This document shows, in pieces, positions 34,750 through 36,452 of a stretch of DNA of 36,452 nucleotides. The translations under genes were made by a program, and so were the position numbers. Below the pieces are notes generated by a model that saw only the letters and a program-made list of their open reading frames with translations, was not told the origin of the DNA and did not search any database. How positions within the stretch are numbered: position 1 is the first letter of the stretch; the number at the start of each line of letters is the position of its first letter. This stretch comes from a bacterium. Lineage in GTDB: Bacteria > Sumerlaeota > Sumerlaeia > SLMS01. The stretch lies in the NCBI GenBank assembly GCA_030431385.1, contig JAUIJJ010000001.1, positions 1 to 36,452 of the forward strand. The letters run 5' to 3'.

Positions 34750-35715
34750 ATGAGTGCTATGATCGACATCCAGAAACTGCGGAAGGAATTTGGTCCTTTC
34801 GTTGCCGTGGACGATGTTTCGTTCTCGGTTGGCCGAGGCGAAGTCCTCGGTTTTCTTGGGCCAAACGGCGCCGGGAAATCCACGACCATGAAAATGATTA
34901 CGGGCTACCTGTCGCCCACTGCGGGCACGGCGGTGGTCTGCGGCCACGACGTGCTCAAGGAGCCAATGAAGGTGAAGGAGCGCATCGGGTATCTTCCCGA
35001 AGGCGCACCGGCCTATCCGGACATGACGCCCGAGAAGTTCCTCCGGTTTTGCGCGGAGGCTCGTGGCTTCAAGGGCAGCGAGATCAGCAAGCGCGTCGGC
35101 GACGCCGTCGAGAAAGTCGCCCTCGAATCACACCTCTACCAACCCATCGAGACACTCTCAAAGGGCTTCAAGCGCCGGGTCGGGCTGGCTCAAGCGATCC
35201 TCCACGATCCCGAGGTTCTCATCATGGACGAACCGACCGACGGCCTCGACCCGAACCAGAAGCACGAGGTGCGGTTGCTGATTCGCGAAATGGCCGCTGA
35301 GAAGGCCATTATTCTCTCCACGCATATTCTCGAAGAAGTCGACGCGGTCTGCACCCGGGCGACGATTATCGCGGCGGGAAAGGTCATCGCCGACGGCACG
35401 CCGGAGTCGCTCCAGCAGCGCGCCGGCGGTCACAATGCCGTGGTGATTCGCCTGCGCGAAGGCACTTCGGCCGATCCCAACGCCCTCGAGAAGATTTCAT
35501 CGGTTCGTAAGGTCGAGTCGATCACCGACCGAAACGGCCGCACCTGCTTCCGGGTGATTCCAAAGAACGGCGCGAGCATCGCCGATCAGGTCACCGCCTC
35601 CACACGCGAGCTGAAGTGGGAGATAGACGAGCTTCACGTCGAGCAGGGAAGACTCGATGAAGTTTTCCGGGACCTCACTTACAAGGCCTCCAAAGAAGCC
35701 GGGAGGGAGTCCTAA
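34750..35715 (+). CDS. ABC transporter ATP-binding protein (ABC-2 / GldA-like subfamily)
   Basis: Walker A GPNGAGKST, Q-loop, signature LSKGFKRRVGLAQA, Walker B VLIMDEPTDGLD and H-loop STHILEE. The extra ~90-aa C-terminal domain is typical of ABC-2 ATPases. An alternative start is the ATG at 34759. Confidence 0.92.
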   Translation: MSAMIDIQKLRKEFGPFVAVDDVSFSVGRGEVLGFLGPNGAGKSTTMKMITGYLSPTAGTAVVCGHDVLKEPMKVKERIGYLPEGAPAYPDMTPEKFLRFCAEARGFKGSEISKRVGDAVEKVALESHLYQPIETLSKGFKRRVGLAQAILHDPEVLIMDEPTDGLDPNQKHEVRLLIREMAAEKAIILSTHILEEVDAVCTRATIIAAGKVIADGTPESLQQRAGGHNAVVIRLREGTSADPNALEKISSVRKVESITDRNGRTCFRVIPKNGASIADQVTASTRELKWEIDELHVEQGRLDEVFRDLTYKASKEAGRES

Positions 35716-35718
35716 GTC

Positions 35719-36452
35719 ATGGCTAAGACACTCATCATTCTAAAGCGCGAACTGCTCAGCTACTTCATCACGCCAGTCGCTTACGTCTTCATCGTGATCT
35801 TTCTGTTCCTCACGGGGACGTTTACCTTCTATCAGGGATTGTTTTACGAACGCGGACAGGCGGACCTTATTCCGTTCTTCACGTTTCACCCGTGGCTTTA
35901 CCTGTTCCTGATTCCTGCAATTTCCATGCGTCTGTGGTCCGAGGAGCGGAAGACCGGGACCATCGAACTGCTGATGACGCTTCCCTTCTCCGTAACGCAC
36001 GCGGTGCTCGGAAAGTTCCTCGCCGCCTGGACATTTACAGGCATCGCCCTCGCCCTCACGTTTCCGCTTTGGATCACTGTGAACTACCTCGGCGACCCGG
36101 ACAACGGCGTCATTCTCGCGAGCTACCTCGGCAGCTTTCTGATGGCAGGAGGCTTTCTAGCGATTGGCTCGTTCATCTCTGCGTTCACGAAAAATCAGGT
36201 CATCGCCTTCGTCGTGAGCAGCGTCGTTTGCCTGCTGTTCGTGCTCGCCGGGTACCCGCTGGTCGTAAACTTCATGCAAACCTGGGCGCCCGACGCGTTG
36301 GTTCAGGCCGTGAGCGGCTTGAGCTTCTTCACGCACTTCAACGCTCTTTCCAAGGGTGTCCTCTACCTCAATGACATTGTATACTTCTTCGCGGTGATCG
36401 TGTGCTTCCTCTTTGCGAACGCCATTATCATCGATCTGAAGAAAGCCGATTA
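35719..36452 (+). CDS. ABC-2-type transporter permease (GldF-like), 3'-truncated by the window edge
   Basis: Not in the ORF track because it has no stop in the window. The ATG at 35719 lies 3 nt after the ATPase stop. My hand translation is open to the end of the window: MAKTLIILKRELLSYFITPVAYVFIVIFLFLTGTFTFYQGLFYERGQADLIPFF...SEERKTGTIELLMTLPFS...FISAFTKNQVIAF...IIIDLKKAD. It has multiple hydrophobic helices, and the EERKxGTxELLhTxP motif is typical of ABC-2 permeases. Confidence 0.85.
   Translation, partial: MAKTLIILKRELLSYFITPVAYVFIVIFLFLTGTFTFYQGLFYERGQADLIPFFTFHPWLYLFLIPAISMRLWSEERKTGTIELLMTLPFSVTHAVLGKFLAAWTFTGIALALTFPLWITVNYLGDPDNGVILASYLGSFLMAGGFLAIGSFISAFTKNQVIAFVVSSVVCLLFVLAGYPLVVNFMQTWAPDALVQAVSGLSFFTHFNALSKGVLYLNDIVYFFAVIVCFLFANAIIIDLKKAD

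Overview
This is a 36,452-bp bacterial chromosomal window, moderately GC-rich and densely coding. It holds about 27 protein genes and 1 tRNA. I saw no rRNA, CRISPR array, transposase, integrase or phage genes. All product calls come from motif recognition by eye; no database search was run. Layout: (i) 1-7008 is a surface-polysaccharide locus. A minus-strand, overlap-coupled operon runs Wzx-like flippase > NDP-sugar dehydratase/epimerase (SDR) > DegT-type aminotransferase > sugar-1-P nucleotidyltransferase > truncated formyltransferase-like gene. It is divergent from an overlapping GT4-like/GT2 glycosyltransferase pair. (ii) 7160-15949 holds housekeeping and small genes: a DHH/DHHA1 phosphoesterase (NrnA-like), a GH13 alpha-amylase-family enzyme, a small acidic ORF, cobalamin-dependent methionine synthase metH, a secreted HExxH protein and a DUF1232-type membrane protein. 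Two textbook intrinsic terminators lie here. (iii) 15967-23363 is one co-directional minus-strand run: dtd > DJ-1/PfpI > cupin fusion > three signal-peptide proteins. These three are a 799-aa multi-module protein with a Pro/Thr linker, a 226-aa protein that shares its C-terminal module and ends in a dockerin-like loop, and a 7-blade FG-GAP propeller protein. (iv) tRNA-Ser(GCU) lies at 23551-23643. (v) 23719-32949 is the most unusual part: a 9.2-kb operon of three very large signal-peptide proteins (1378, 1008 and 684 aa) separated by 6-nt spacers. I can name no catalytic motif or family for the largest. (vi) 33207-36452 holds a Cys/Met-metabolism PLP enzyme and an ABC-2-type ATPase/permease pair; the permease runs off the right edge and is missing from the ORF track. 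About 40 percent of the window therefore encodes six exported proteins of unknown function in two blocks. These are my candidates for an undescribed extracellular or cell-surface system.
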